39,407 nt of DNA, from the NCBI GenBank assembly GCA_964501035.1, contig CAZCRK010000009.1, forward strand, positions 1-39,407. The letters are read 5' to 3'. The notes under the pieces are model-generated. The model did no database searches and was not told where the DNA came from. It saw only the letters and a program-made list of their open reading frames with translations. This document shows positions 1 through 10,856 of this stretch, piece after piece. Both the position numbers and the translations under genes were made by a program. The number at the start of each line of letters is the position of its first letter. Position 1 is the first letter of the stretch.

Positions 1-1
1 G

Positions 2-3000
2 TGTTTCTATTTGGTCAACACCAAATGACGGCACGTAGAATTCACTTGCGTCGTTCTTCGCAACCAATACATCAGCTCCACCAAATATAGCATCGGTACT
101 CATATCATCTGAAACAACATTGAATGAAACCATATTCATTGTCATTGCATCTACATGAACATCTTGTGTGAATTCACTTGGTCCAAATGGATTAGTAAAT
201 GTTGCACAATCTGCAAATGCATAATATGCTTCACCAAATGGATCAGATAAAACATAGTTATCAAAACACATTTCAGTATCGTACTCACCTGCTTCTGCAG
301 TCATTGTTACTGTAGCCAATGCCCCTGAGCCAGCTGGAATTAAAGTACCAGAGAATGAGAATCCAAGTAATGTAAAGTTGCCATCATTTTCATTACCAGA
401 TAATGCCCAATCAGCTGGAACTCTTTCAGTTCCTTCAATACTAACAAATGTAAAGTTATCAGGAGTATCACCAATTTCAATTTGGAAACCTTGAATGTCA
501 GATGTATTATCAACATGAATATCAAATGAGGTATCACTTGTTTGAACCATGGATAAAATCACATCAGGTAAACCAATAGCAAATTCAGCAGGTTCACTTC
601 CCCAATAAATTGATTGACCTAAGTCATCTGAGAATGTTGTTCCTGCAACAGCATCTAGTACTGTTACACCATCTGCTGCATCTGCATTTACTTCATAAGT
701 AACCGTAAACAATGCACCATCACCTACGTCAATGAATGCTCCTGTCATGCTAAACCATAGTACAACCAATTCACCATTAATTTCACTAGTGGATAGCATT
801 CCATCAAGTTCACTTAATCGAGCTTCTTCCGTTACTTCAACATAAGTCAACGCTTCTGGATCTTCACCAATATGAATCTCGATACCATACACTGGGAATG
901 GATTATTTATTGAGAATGTAACATCGCCTGTACCACCTTGGTCGATAGCTTCACTTGGAGTATCAAAATATACTTCAATTTTATCCACATCTATTGCTAC
1001 AGAACCACAACCATTATCAATCATATACGCAACTCCAGTTGCATTTGATAATACTTCACCAGTAGTACAAAGTGAAACGTTTGCAGGTTCAGATGCCGCA
1101 GCAGAGAAAGTGAGATAGAATGTTTCACCATCACCAGCCTCAATTGCTGTACCTTGGAATGAGAATCCAAGTACGCGTGCAGACCCATCTTCTTGTTCTG
1201 CAACTGATAAACTCCAATCTGCTGGAACTCTGTCAGAACCAGTTACATCTAAAATACTCAAATACTCAGGAGTATCTGTTAAGTCAAACTGAACTCCATA
1301 AATTGCTTCAGGGTTAGATAAAGAAACAGCTACTGTGACTTCTTCACCTCCCATTACTTCAGCATCTGCAACAGAAATCAACACTGTTGACATTGGTGTC
1401 GCAGAGGCTTCATTTGAATTATTAGATTCTGTACCACCATCAAATACTGATGTTACCACATAGTAATATGTGTTACCATTTGATGCACTTGCATCTGCAT
1501 AGGAAGTTGTTTCAGCATCAGTTGAACCAATCAATGCATATCCCGAACCAGATGTTTCTGAACGATACATATTGTATCCAACAAGCGCTTCTCTAGTTTG
1601 AGTCGGTTCAGTTAATGTATTCAATAACTCTTTATGATGATTTGTTTCATCGTCATCATGTGCATTTTGTAAACCACCACATGCACCCCAAGGATCATTA
1701 AATGTAGCACAATCACCACAATCGTTACCCCATTCAGGACAACCATCTCCTTCAGTCCAGAAGACAATACCATATGTTCCATCATCGCAATAACCGTCAC
1801 CAAGCCATGCTAAGCAACTACCACCATCACAGTCTGTATCATTAAAACATAGACCTGCGCAATCAATATATTCTGCTGAACCGTCAGGACATGCAGGGAA
1901 TGTACCACCAGAAGTTTCAACTTCGTCCCATGCAAGGTCAACATTGTCATCACCTGCTACAGCAACTAAGTTTTCTGGTACTGGAGCTTCAAATGGTTCA
2001 GGCATTGCCCATGCTTCGTTTGAATATTCAGATTCTAAAACATCATCGAATACAGCCGTTACTACATAGAAATATTCAGTGTAGTTTTCTAAACCACCAT
2101 CATTATAAGATGTTGTGTTTCCATCTACAGAAGCTAGGAATTCATATCCAGTTCCGGTTACAAAAGATCTGTAAATATTATAACTTGTGACAGATTCACG
2201 ATTTGATGAACTGCTAGGAATAAACTCTTTATGAGCGTTTGTTTGGTAAATTGGTAATGTCATTTCTGATACACCATTTCCAGAAGAAGTAAACACTCCA
2301 TCACCTGGGCAAGCACAACCTGAGCAATCCCAATAGTAATTTGCCTCTAGAGTTGCACAATCAATACCATATTCATCCCATGCAGTATCACAGCATTCGC
2401 TTCCATAATCAGTGAAGTCAAACTCACAATCTTCACATTCAGCACTAGAAGCACAATCTTCAGGACATGACTCAGCAGTTTCATCACCATTACAAATACC
2501 ATCACCACATTCTGCTGGTCCACCTTGATTGTTTCCACATACTTCCATTGGATCATTTAATGCACCGCAATCACCACAATCATTACCATATTCAGGACAG
2601 GTTTCTCCAGCTTCCCAGAAAACTAATCCATATTCACCGTCATCACAAAATCCGTCACCTAACCAAGTGGTTTGACCTTCAACACAACCATCATAACCAG
2701 AACCGGCACAATCTGAGTTATTAAAACAAAGACCCACACAGTCCTCGTATTCTGCACTACCATCTGAACAAACAATGAACATATCACCTCCACCGCCGCC
2801 ACCGCCACCGGTAGTTGGAGCAGTCCATGATAAATCAATTTCTGCATCACCTGCTACAGCAGTTAAGTTTGTTGGAGGTGTTGGTTGGAATTCTTCTGGT
2901 GTAGCTGATGCTTCATTTGAATATACCGATTCAATTTCATCATCATACATTGCTGTAACTACATAGAAATATTCAGTGCCATTAGTTAGACCTAAATCAT

Positions 3001-6000
3001 CATACGATGTGGTTTCAGCATCTACCATATCAATAAGTTCATACCCACTACCAGATGTAAATGAACGATAAACATTATAACCAGTTAACTCATCTCGTTC
3101 CCTTACATCACTTGATGATGCATATAAACCTGCAAAATCACCAACCCATGGTTTAATTCGTGTACTAAACTCACCATTATAATTTAAAACACCATCACAT
3201 TGGTCTTCAGTACAATCACCACCGTCTAAATCGTAACAACATAAGTTTGCTCCATATTGTTGATCTTCACAATCTGGATAACCATCACCAACCCATGATG
3301 CTGGAGCACATTCACCACTTCCATCACAATCATCAAGTTGACCTATGTCTTCACAACTTCCTTCAAAGTTACAATCAGTTGTAGCAGTACCTGTTGAAGC
3401 ATTACCATCATCAAACGTAATTGTAAATGTTTCTGTTTCACCATTGCCAAATCCATAGAAGTAAAATCCATCAGTAAATCCGTATGTTGAAAGATCTTGT
3501 TGGCCAGCACTATAATCTAATGTCATTGCTGTACAACCACCTTCCCACTGGAACCAGAAGTAACCAGTTCCATCTGTGTAACAATCACCCACACTTGGAT
3601 CAGAACCACTAACTGTGAAAGAACTTGCACAAGCACCTTCACCACCGCCACCACCATTTGGTGCTGACCAGTTTAAATTAATATGTTCATCACCAGCTGT
3701 AGCTGTTAAGTTAGATGGTGGAGTTACTTCAAATGGTGCAGGTGTTGCAGCTGCTTCATTTGAATAATCTGATTCATACATATCATCAAACATAGCAGTA
3801 ACAACATAGTAATATGTATCACCATTTGTTAATCCTGTATCAAGATATTCTGTTGTATTTGCATCAACAACATCAATTAATACATACCCACTGCCTGAAG
3901 TTGCAGATCGATATACATTGTACATTGTCAATTCTTCACGAGTTTCAGTTGTGCTATATTGATTAAACACTTTTTCCACTGCTACATGTTCAATAGAGCT
4001 GGTCATATCTGAAATACCATTTCCAGAAGAAGTAAACCCTCCATCACCTGGGCAAGCACAACCTGAGCAATCCCAATAGTAATTTGCCTCTAGAGTTGCA
4101 CAATCAATACCATATTCATCCCATGCAGTATCACAGCATTCGCTTCCATAATCAGTGAAGTCAAACTCACAATCTTCACATTCAGCACTAGAAGCACAAT
4201 CTTCAGGACATGACTCAGCAGTTTCATCACCATTACAAATACCATCACCACATTCTGCTGGTCCACCTTGATTGTTTCCACATACTTCCATTGGATCATT
4301 TAATGCACCGCAATCACCACAATCATTACCATATTCAGGACAGGTTTCTCCAGCTTCCCAGAAAACTAATCCATATTCACCGTCATCACAAAATCCGTCA
4401 CCTAACCAAGTGGTTTGACCTTCAACACAACCATCATACCCAGAACCGGCACAATCTGCGTTATTAAAACAAAGACCCACACAGTCCTCGTATTCTGCAC
4501 TACCATCTGAGCAAACAATGAACATGTCACCTGTAGGAGCTTGAGATGGTTCATCCCATGTTAAGAATACTTCTTCATCACCTGCTGTAGCTACTAAGTT
4601 TTGAGGTGGGAGTACATCTTCTGGTAATTGATAGTCACAACATCCATCACATGGAATAGTTGCATCTTCATCATAGTTAACTGCAGTATCATCCATACAA
4701 CCAGTACATGATTCATCATCATTTGATGCATCATCGTCACATACACCACAGTTATCCGTTGTAGCAAATCCACCACATTCACCTGCACAATCCACTTCAG
4801 CTATACAATCACCCGCACAATCATGAAATTCATCAATAGGATACTCACATGAGTCATCATTTGTATTTGCAGTTTCATCATAGTTACAAGCGCTTTCATC
4901 AGTACAACCTAAAATAACATTACCAATGGTGTAATCATCACCAATATTAGTTTCTAATGAAACACCTAATGCATCACTGATAGTTTCTTCATCAATACTA
5001 AAAAATCCATCAGCACCTGTAAATGTTGCAGCAATATATGTAAGTGGAGCTGTTCCTACAGGTATTGTACCACCCGTAAATGAGAAACCAAGCACTAAAC
5101 CGTCAGCATTAGTTGACACACTAAAACCATTGTCAACTGCTGAACCACCTTGTGCACCGGTCACAGCAAAATCAGCAAAACTTGCATCCAAATCAAATTG
5201 GAATCCACCAACTTCTACATCATTAGATAAAGTAACTTCGAGAAGACCATCACTATAATCACTTATCCATAAATGTATTCCCTCCAATGGGCAATCTGTT
5301 GGGTCAGTTACACCACCATCACATGTACCACATACATCCACAATTGCAGTTCCGCCACATTCACCAGCACAATCCAATGTGTTTCCGTCACAATCACATG
5401 CACCTGCGGGGAATCCATCACCACCGCAAACACCACATTCATCTACTTCAGCTGTACCACCACATACACCATTACAGTCAACGTCGGCTATACAGTTTCC
5501 GTCACAATCAAAAAATTCTTCAGCATAATCGCAATCACCAGGATCTGTTGCATCTGGGTCATAGTTACATGCTGTTTCGTCCATACAACCTTCAATAACA
5601 ACAGCACCGTCATCATAGTGGAAATCTAGTGAATTTCCATCACCATCTGAAATCACCATATTTTCTATTCCAGTAGGTACACCTGCTAAATCAAGTATTA
5701 ATAAAGTACCACTTCCAGCTGGAATTACATCACCGGTCATTGAGAAACCAAGAACAAGGGTTGAGCTTGTAGAAACAGTAAATCCATTTGCTGCTGCATC
5801 TCCACCACTTGCACTATTAATTGTGGTACCCACTACATTAAACTGAAATCCGCCCATATCATAGTCACTGTTGTAACCAACATTATATGTGCCATCACCA
5901 TTGTCTTCATACCAAAGACTATTTGGTTCGTCACCAACAACGCCACCATCATCACATGGTTCGCCAGAGCCACCACATACACCACACTCATCAACAACGG

Positions 6001-6532
6001 CAGTTCCACCGCATTCACCAGCACAGTCTTCTACATTGCCGTCACAATCACATGCACCTGCATCCATGTATTCACATTCTGCTTCTGCACCAAAGTTACA
6101 GGCTGTTTCATCATCACAGGTAGCCACTGCACCATCATCATAATGGAAATCCAGAGCAACACCTGATGGGTCAGAAACTGTAATTTCTGAAATCCCTGTT
6201 GGGGTACCAGCTAAATCAACAACTACAAGTGTTCCAGAGCCTGTTGGTATTGTACCACCGGTCATTGAAAATCCTAGCACTAACGTAGATGATGTTGACA
6301 ACATAAACCCATTAGAAGTAGCATCTCCGCCACTTGCACTGTTAATTGTTGTTCCATCAACGATAAATTGGAATCCACCAATGTCATAATCACTGTTGTA
6401 TCCAACGTTATATGTTCCATCACCATTATCTTCAAACCATAAACTATTTGCTTCATCACCAACTTGGGCAAATAGAGAGGTTACAAGAATAAATGTAGAT
6501 AAAACCTTTATTATTGTTTTTATATTTAACAT
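2..6532 (-). CDS. Giant secreted acidic Cys-rich modular protein (>2177 aa, 3' end outside the window): signal peptide, 3 short cohesin-like domains with Cys-rich spacers, 4 FN3 domains with Cys-rich inserts, 3 cohesin-like domains
   Basis: Absent from the ORF track because no stop codon lies in the window. ATG at 6532-6530 is preceded by AAGGAG. Hand translation gives signal peptide MLNIKTIIKVLSTFILVTSLFA-Q, repeats GCMDETACNY and DCAGECGG, FN3 motifs PPQNLVATAG..LTW..YNVYRS..YYYVVTA, and cohesin-like SNPEAIYGVQFDL..VLGFSFQG. The frame at position 2 (..GVDQIET) matches the start frame. Confidence 0.92.
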   Translation of the reverse strand, partial: MLNIKTIIKVLSTFILVTSLFAQVGDEANSLWFEDNGDGTYNVGYNSDYDIGGFQFIVDGTTINSASGGDATSNGFMLSTSSTLVLGFSMTGGTIPTGSGTLVVVDLAGTPTGISEITVSDPSGVALDFHYDDGAVATCDDETACNFGAEAECEYMDAGACDCDGNVEDCAGECGGTAVVDECGVCGGSGEPCDDGGVVGDEPNSLWYEDNGDGTYNVGYNSDYDMGGFQFNVVGTTINSASGGDAAANGFTVSTSSTLVLGFSMTGDVIPAGSGTLLILDLAGVPTGIENMVISDGDGNSLDFHYDDGAVVIEGCMDETACNYDPDATDPGDCDYAEEFFDCDGNCIADVDCNGVCGGTAEVDECGVCGGDGFPAGACDCDGNTLDCAGECGGTAIVDVCGTCDGGVTDPTDCPLEGIHLWISDYSDGLLEVTLSNDVEVGGFQFDLDASFADFAVTGAQGGSAVDNGFSVSTNADGLVLGFSFTGGTIPVGTAPLTYIAATFTGADGFFSIDEETISDALGVSLETNIGDDYTIGNVILGCTDESACNYDETANTNDDSCEYPIDEFHDCAGDCIAEVDCAGECGGFATTDNCGVCDDDASNDDESCTGCMDDTAVNYDEDATIPCDGCCDYQLPEDVLPPQNLVATAGDEEVFLTWDEPSQAPTGDMFIVCSDGSAEYEDCVGLCFNNADCAGSGYDGCVEGQTTWLGDGFCDDGEYGLVFWEAGETCPEYGNDCGDCGALNDPMEVCGNNQGGPAECGDGICNGDETAESCPEDCASSAECEDCEFDFTDYGSECCDTAWDEYGIDCATLEANYYWDCSGCACPGDGGFTSSGNGISDMTSSIEHVAVEKVFNQYSTTETREELTMYNVYRSATSGSGYVLIDVVDANTTEYLDTGLTNGDTYYYVVTAMFDDMYESDYSNEAAATPAPFEVTPPSNLTATAGDEHINLNWSAPNGGGGGEGACASSFTVSGSDPSVGDCYTDGTGYFWFQWEGGCTAMTLDYSAGQQDLSTYGFTDGFYFYGFGNGETETFTITFDDGNASTGTATTDCNFEGSCEDIGQLDDCDGSGECAPASWVGDGYPDCEDQQYGANLCCYDLDGGDCTEDQCDGVLNYNGEFSTRIKPWVGDFAGLYASSSDVRERDELTGYNVYRSFTSGSGYELIDMVDAETTSYDDLGLTNGTEYFYVVTAMYDDEIESVYSNEASATPEEFQPTPPTNLTAVAGDAEIDLSWTAPTTGGGGGGGGDMFIVCSDGSAEYEDCVGLCFNNSDCAGSGYDGCVEGQTTWLGDGFCDDGEYGLVFWEAGETCPEYGNDCGDCGALNDPMEVCGNNQGGPAECGDGICNGDETAESCPEDCASSAECEDCEFDFTDYGSECCDTAWDEYGIDCATLEANYYWDCSGCACPGDGVFTSSGNGVSEMTLPIYQTNAHKEFIPSSSSNRESVTSYNIYRSFVTGTGYEFLASVDGNTTSYNDGGLENYTEYFYVVTAVFDDVLESEYSNEAWAMPEPFEAPVPENLVAVAGDDNVDLAWDEVETSGGTFPACPDGSAEYIDCAGLCFNDTDCDGGSCLAWLGDGYCDDGTYGIVFWTEGDGCPEWGNDCGDCATFNDPWGACGGLQNAHDDDETNHHKELLNTLTEPTQTREALVGYNMYRSETSGSGYALIGSTDAETTSYADASASNGNTYYYVVTSVFDGGTESNNSNEASATPMSTVLISVADAEVMGGEEVTVAVSLSNPEAIYGVQFDLTDTPEYLSILDVTGSDRVPADWSLSVAEQEDGSARVLGFSFQGTAIEAGDGETFYLTFSAAASEPANVSLCTTGEVLSNATGVAYMIDNGCGSVAIDVDKIEVYFDTPSEAIDQGGTGDVTFSINNPFPVYGIEIHIGEDPEALTYVEVTEEARLSELDGMLSTSEINGELVVLWFSMTGAFIDVGDGALFTVTYEVNADAADGVTVLDAVAGTTFSDDLGQSIYWGSEPAEFAIGLPDVILSMVQTSDTSFDIHVDNTSDIQGFQIEIGDTPDNFTFVSIEGTERVPADWALSGNENDGNFTLLGFSFSGTLIPAGSGALATVTMTAEAGEYDTEMCFDNYVLSDPFGEAYYAFADCATFTNPFGPSEFTQDVHVDAMTMNMVSFNVVSDDMSTDAIFGGADVLVAKNDASEFYVPSFGVDQIET
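2273..2789. repeat. Direct repeat copy 1 (~517 bp) inside the giant CDS
   Basis: Matches 4016-4532 at offset 1743 (581 codons). Five mismatches counted by eye; 2296-2695 is identical. The track shows identical shadow ORFs at 2347..2556 and 4090..4299. Confidence 0.97.
4016..4532. repeat. Direct repeat copy 2 (~517 bp) inside the giant CDS
   Basis: Near-identical to 2273-2789. Confidence 0.97.
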
Positions 6533-6600
6533 GTCTTCTCCTTTTAAGTGTCTTTTAAATAAAAAATCTTCTATCCATCAAAAATGACAGACTTTTCTGA

Positions 6601-6659
6601 GTGTAAAATTACACAATCATTTCTTTTTTTTTAGGTTTTTTTTGTGTCAGTTTGTTACA
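6601..6659 (-). promoter_or_regulatory. Putative promoter region of the giant secreted protein
   Basis: Minus-strand TGTG-TAATTT (-10-like, 6611-6606) lies within the inverted repeat GTGTAA-aa-TTACAC (6601-6614). Upstream are A9/A8 tracts and TGTAACA-aac-TGACACA. Confidence 0.4.
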
Positions 6660-6669
6660 GGGTACATTT

Positions 6670-7836
6670 TCAGATTGAATTTACTGCATTTTCAATATCT
6701 AATTCTAAATCTATAATATGTTCAATTCCTACAGATAACCTTACCAAACCATCCGTTACTCCGAGCTTTTGACGCATTTCAGCTGGAATCGATGCATGAG
6801 TCATACTGGCTGGATGGCAAACTAAACTTTCTACTCCACCCAAACTCTCTGCTAAGGTGAAAATATCTAATTTTTTAACAAACATTCTAGCTCTTTCTAG
6901 AGATCCGAGTTCTAATGAAATCATTCCTCCAAAACTTGGGTTACCGTGCGGATCTAATTGTTGTTGTTTGGCAAGCTCATGATGTGGATGGGAAACTAAC
7001 CCAGGATAAAAAACATTATCAAATTTTCCAGAATTTTCAAGAAATTCTGCTAATGTTTTTGCATTTTCATTATGTGCTTTCATTCGAACTGGCAAAGTCT
7101 TTAGTGAACGCTGGGTTAACCAACAATCAAATGGGCTAGGAACAGCCCCAACAGACATTTGAATAAACTGTAATTGCTCTAAAATGGATTCTTTATTGGT
7201 AATCACAATTCCACCAACCACATCGCTATGTCCATTCAAATATTTGGTTGTACTATGGATAATAACATCTGCACCTAACGATAATGGTCGTTGAAAATAT
7301 GGTGACATGAAGGTATTATCCACAACAGAAATTAAGTTTTTTTCTTTCGCTAATTGAGAAATAGCACTGATATCGGATAACGACATCATTGGATTTGTAG
7401 GTGTCTCATAAAACACCATTTTGGTATTGGATGTAATTGCATCTGATATATTGTTTGTATCCGATGTATCAACCCAAGATGCTTCAAGACCAAATCGTTG
7501 AAATATTTTATCCATAATGCGAAATGTCCCACCGTACACGTTGTCGGAAAATATGACATGATCTCCCTGTGATAGCATAGTTAAAATAGCCGAAGTCGCT
7601 GCCATGCCTGATCCAAATGAAGTTGCACCAATACCTCCCTCTAAAGATGCAATATTTTCCTCAAGATTTCGTCTAGTTGGGTTATCTGCTCGTGAATAAT
7701 CAAACTCATATTCAGCGAAGTTTTCTTGTTTAAAGGTAGATGTTAAATAAATGGGTAGTGAAACTGCTCCATATAATTTTTCAGGTTTTTGACCAACGTG
7801 AATGGCGTTCGTTTCGAATTTCTTACTTTTTTTCAC
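6670..7836 (-). CDS. PLP-dependent trans-sulfuration enzyme (cystathionine gamma-lyase/gamma-synthase, MetB/MccB family)
   Basis: YSRADNPT, FGSGMAA, ETPTNP, DNTF, HSTTKYLNGHSD (PLP lysine), AESLGGVESL, RLSVGIE. GTG start overlaps the secA stop. Confidence 0.95.
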   Translation of the reverse strand: MKKSKKFETNAIHVGQKPEKLYGAVSLPIYLTSTFKQENFAEYEFDYSRADNPTRRNLEENIASLEGGIGATSFGSGMAATSAILTMLSQGDHVIFSDNVYGGTFRIMDKIFQRFGLEASWVDTSDTNNISDAITSNTKMVFYETPTNPMMSLSDISAISQLAKEKNLISVVDNTFMSPYFQRPLSLGADVIIHSTTKYLNGHSDVVGGIVITNKESILEQLQFIQMSVGAVPSPFDCWLTQRSLKTLPVRMKAHNENAKTLAEFLENSGKFDNVFYPGLVSHPHHELAKQQQLDPHGNPSFGGMISLELGSLERARMFVKKLDIFTLAESLGGVESLVCHPASMTHASIPAEMRQKLGVTDGLVRLSVGIEHIIDLELDIENAVNSI

Positions 7837-10800
7837 TAATTAGCTCCATGACATTTTTTGAACTTTTTTCCACTCCCGCATGGACAAGGTTCATTTCTTC
7901 CAACTTTTTTTTCTACTACAACAGGTTGTGCTTTTTGTGGGGGTTGTCCCGGCATATTTTGTGCCTGTTGTTGAGCTTGCTGAGGTGGTGCAATAAACCC
8001 TAACCCTGCCGTTTCATCGTGTTTCATACTAATGTTTTTTGGAGTAATTTGAACGGGTTGTTTTGCATTTCCAACTTGTGTCAAATTTGCTCTAAAGATT
8101 CGTTTTAGAGTCTCTTTATTGGTATCTGACATCATTTCAGTAAACATGCCAAACCCTTCCTGTTTATATTCAATCAATGGATTTTTTTGACCATAGGCAC
8201 GAAGATTGATACCTTCCCGTAGTTGATCCATGCCATCAAGATGTTCTCTCCATTTTTCATCAATAGTTTTTAGAACCACAAACTTTTGGAATTGTTGGAA
8301 AATATCGCCTTCAGATGTTTCTTTCTTTACTTCTAAAATTGAAAGGGCTCCCTGCACCAAAAGGTCTCTTAATTCATCATGGGTTGCAATATGCTCTTGC
8401 TCATTTACAATATCCAAAGAAAATGTGTTTAGTGCTTCTGACGAAACTCCATCCCAATCCCAATCTCGGACATTGGAACTATCACAATATGCATCAATGA
8501 TTTCATCAATAAACTCATTTAATATTTCTAAAACTTCACTTGAAATATCTTCTTCATGCAGTGCAAAATTACGACGGTCATATACGATTTCACGTTGTTG
8601 ATTCATTACATCATCATATTCCAGAAGATGCTTTCTGATTCCGTAATTTCTTCCTTCAACTTTTTTCTGAGCACGTTCAATTGATTTTGACACCATAGAG
8701 TGCGTTATTACTTCACCATCTTCCACACCCATTCTATCCATAACTTTGGCAATTCTATCTGAACCAAACAAACGCATTAAATCATCTTCAAGACTAAGAT
8801 AAAAAATAGATTCACCCGCATCCCCTTGACGTCCTGCACGTCCACGAAGCTGTAAGTCAATCCGTCGTGATTCATGCCGTCCTGTACCCAAAATAAACAA
8901 ACCACCTAATTCTTTAACTGAATCACCCAATTTAATATCAGTTCCACGACCTGCCATATTTGTAGAAATTGTTATCGCAGATTTTAGTCCAGCTCGTGAG
9001 ACTACTTCGGCTTCTTTTTGGTGTTGTTTTGCATTTAGAACATTATGTGGTACTTTTTTTCTTCGTAACATGCGTGACAGTGTTTCGGATTCTTCAACAG
9101 AAGTTGTACCAACCAATACGGGTTGACCCGACTGAAACAGTTCTTCAATTTTAATGATTGTTGCATTATATTTTTCACGTTTAGAACGATAAATCATATC
9201 TTCATGGTCTTTTCGTTGGATGGTTCTATTCGTGGGAATTTCAACTACATCCAATTTATAGATTTCCATAAACTCATGGGCTTCAGTTGCTGCAGTTCCT
9301 GTCATACCAGCGAGTTTTTCGTACATTCTAAAATAATTTTGAATGGTGATTGTGGCCATCGTTTTGGTTTCTTTTTCAATCACTACATTTTCTTTGGCTT
9401 CTAAAGATTGATGCAATCCATCACTATATCTTCTACCATGTAAAACACGACCTGTATGTTCGTCAACAATGAGTACTTTGCCCTCTTGAACGATATAATC
9501 TACATCTTTTTCAAACAAAGAATATGCTTTTAACAATTGATTAATAGAGTGAATTCTATCACTTCGTTCACCATGAAGCGATTGTGCTTCATCTTTTTTT
9601 CTCAAGATATCTGCATGAGTTAGACCATCTGAGTTTTCAATTTCATGAAACATTTCACCAATATCTGGAATCACAAAATGTTCAGGATTTGATGGAGATA
9701 AAAATTCGCGACCCATTTCAGATAAATCAATTACATTTGACCTTTCTTCAATACTGAAATACAATTTTTCATCTATTTCACCCATTTTTTTGTCGCGGAT
9801 AAATTCACTTTCTGTTGAGTGAACCAATTGCTTTATACCTTGCTTTTGATATAATTTCATCAGCCGTTTATTTTTGGGTGCACCCCGACTTGCCATCAGT
9901 AGTTTAACACCTGCTTTATGTTCATCGGTATCAAAAATTTCTTCTGCTTCATTTACTAGAGAATTTACAAGCATCGTTTGTTTTTTAATAATACGTTCAA
10001 TACTTGGTTTCCATTCGTTATACTGTTGGTTTGTAGGTGCATCAACTTGACCCGAAATAATGAGTGGAGTTCGTGCCTCATCGATTAACACGGAATCAAC
10101 TTCATCAACAATAGCAAAATAATGTCCACGTTGGACTTGATTTTCAGGTGAAACTGCCATATTATCACGTAGGTAATCAAAACCAAATTGGCTATTTGTA
10201 CCATAGGTAATATCACGAGAGTACATTTCTTTTCGTTCAGCACTTCGCATTTGATTCAAAATACAGCCAACAGTGAGCCCCAAATACTCGTAGAGAAGCC
10301 CCATCCATAAACTATCTCGTTCAGCAAGGTAGTCATTCACAGTAACAACATGAACTCCTTTTCCAGTCATTGCATTTAAGATAATTGCCAGAGTTGAAAC
10401 TAGGGTTTTTCCTTCACCGGTTTTCATTTCTGTAATTTTACCATGATGTAGTACAACGCCACCAATTAGCTGCACATCAAAATGAACCATTTCCCAAGTC
10501 ATATCTTGACCAATAACTGTAAATTTTGTACCACATAATCTTCGGGAAGCATCTTTAATAATTGCAAAAATCTCAATCATATGTTCGTCTAAATATGATT
10601 GTTCAGCTTTGAGTACTTCTTTCTTTAAATCGGAACGTGAAGCTTTTTCAGCTTTTAATGTTTTTGTTGTGTTCGCAACATGTATCGCTAATCCATTTTT
10701 AATTTCATTAAATCTAGATTTTAACTCATCATCTGACAGGGATGAAAACTTTTCATAAACCTCATTTATCTGTCCCACATAAGGCTTAAGTTCTTTTAAA

Positions 10801-10856
10801 TCTTTTTCGGACTTGTTCCCAAATAATTTAGTTACAATTTTAGTTAATATCGCCAT
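7836..10856 (-). CDS. secA: Preprotein translocase ATPase SecA
   Basis: [61 protein letters not shown]-terminal [19 protein letters not shown]. Confidence 0.99.
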   Translation of the reverse strand: MAILTKIVTKLFGNKSEKDLKELKPYVGQINEVYEKFSSLSDDELKSRFNEIKNGLAIHVANTTKTLKAEKASRSDLKKEVLKAEQSYLDEHMIEIFAIIKDASRRLCGTKFTVIGQDMTWEMVHFDVQLIGGVVLHHGKITEMKTGEGKTLVSTLAIILNAMTGKGVHVVTVNDYLAERDSLWMGLLYEYLGLTVGCILNQMRSAERKEMYSRDITYGTNSQFGFDYLRDNMAVSPENQVQRGHYFAIVDEVDSVLIDEARTPLIISGQVDAPTNQQYNEWKPSIERIIKKQTMLVNSLVNEAEEIFDTDEHKAGVKLLMASRGAPKNKRLMKLYQKQGIKQLVHSTESEFIRDKKMGEIDEKLYFSIEERSNVIDLSEMGREFLSPSNPEHFVIPDIGEMFHEIENSDGLTHADILRKKDEAQSLHGERSDRIHSINQLLKAYSLFEKDVDYIVQEGKVLIVDEHTGRVLHGRRYSDGLHQSLEAKENVVIEKETKTMATITIQNYFRMYEKLAGMTGTAATEAHEFMEIYKLDVVEIPTNRTIQRKDHEDMIYRSKREKYNATIIKIEELFQSGQPVLVGTTSVEESETLSRMLRRKKVPHNVLNAKQHQKEAEVVSRAGLKSAITISTNMAGRGTDIKLGDSVKELGGLFILGTGRHESRRIDLQLRGRAGRQGDAGESIFYLSLEDDLMRLFGSDRIAKVMDRMGVEDGEVITHSMVSKSIERAQKKVEGRNYGIRKHLLEYDDVMNQQREIVYDRRNFALHEEDISSEVLEILNEFIDEIIDAYCDSSNVRDWDWDGVSSEALNTFSLDIVNEQEHIATHDELRDLLVQGALSILEVKKETSEGDIFQQFQKFVVLKTIDEKWREHLDGMDQLREGINLRAYGQKNPLIEYKQEGFGMFTEMMSDTNKETLKRIFRANLTQVGNAKQPVQITPKNISMKHDETAGLGFIAPPQQAQQQAQNMPGQPPQKAQPVVVEKKVGRNEPCPCGSGKKFKKCHGAN

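Noticed and set aside
2273..4532. DGR template/variable repeat pair, since all 5 mismatches are A in one copy
   Set aside because: The As are on the non-coding strand, three changes are synonymous, hundreds of other As are unchanged, both copies are in-frame coding, and no reverse transcriptase is in the window.
340..6587. Many short His-rich or Val/Met-rich ORFs in the track
   Set aside because: Antisense or off-frame shadows of the Asp/Gly/Cys-rich giant CDS.
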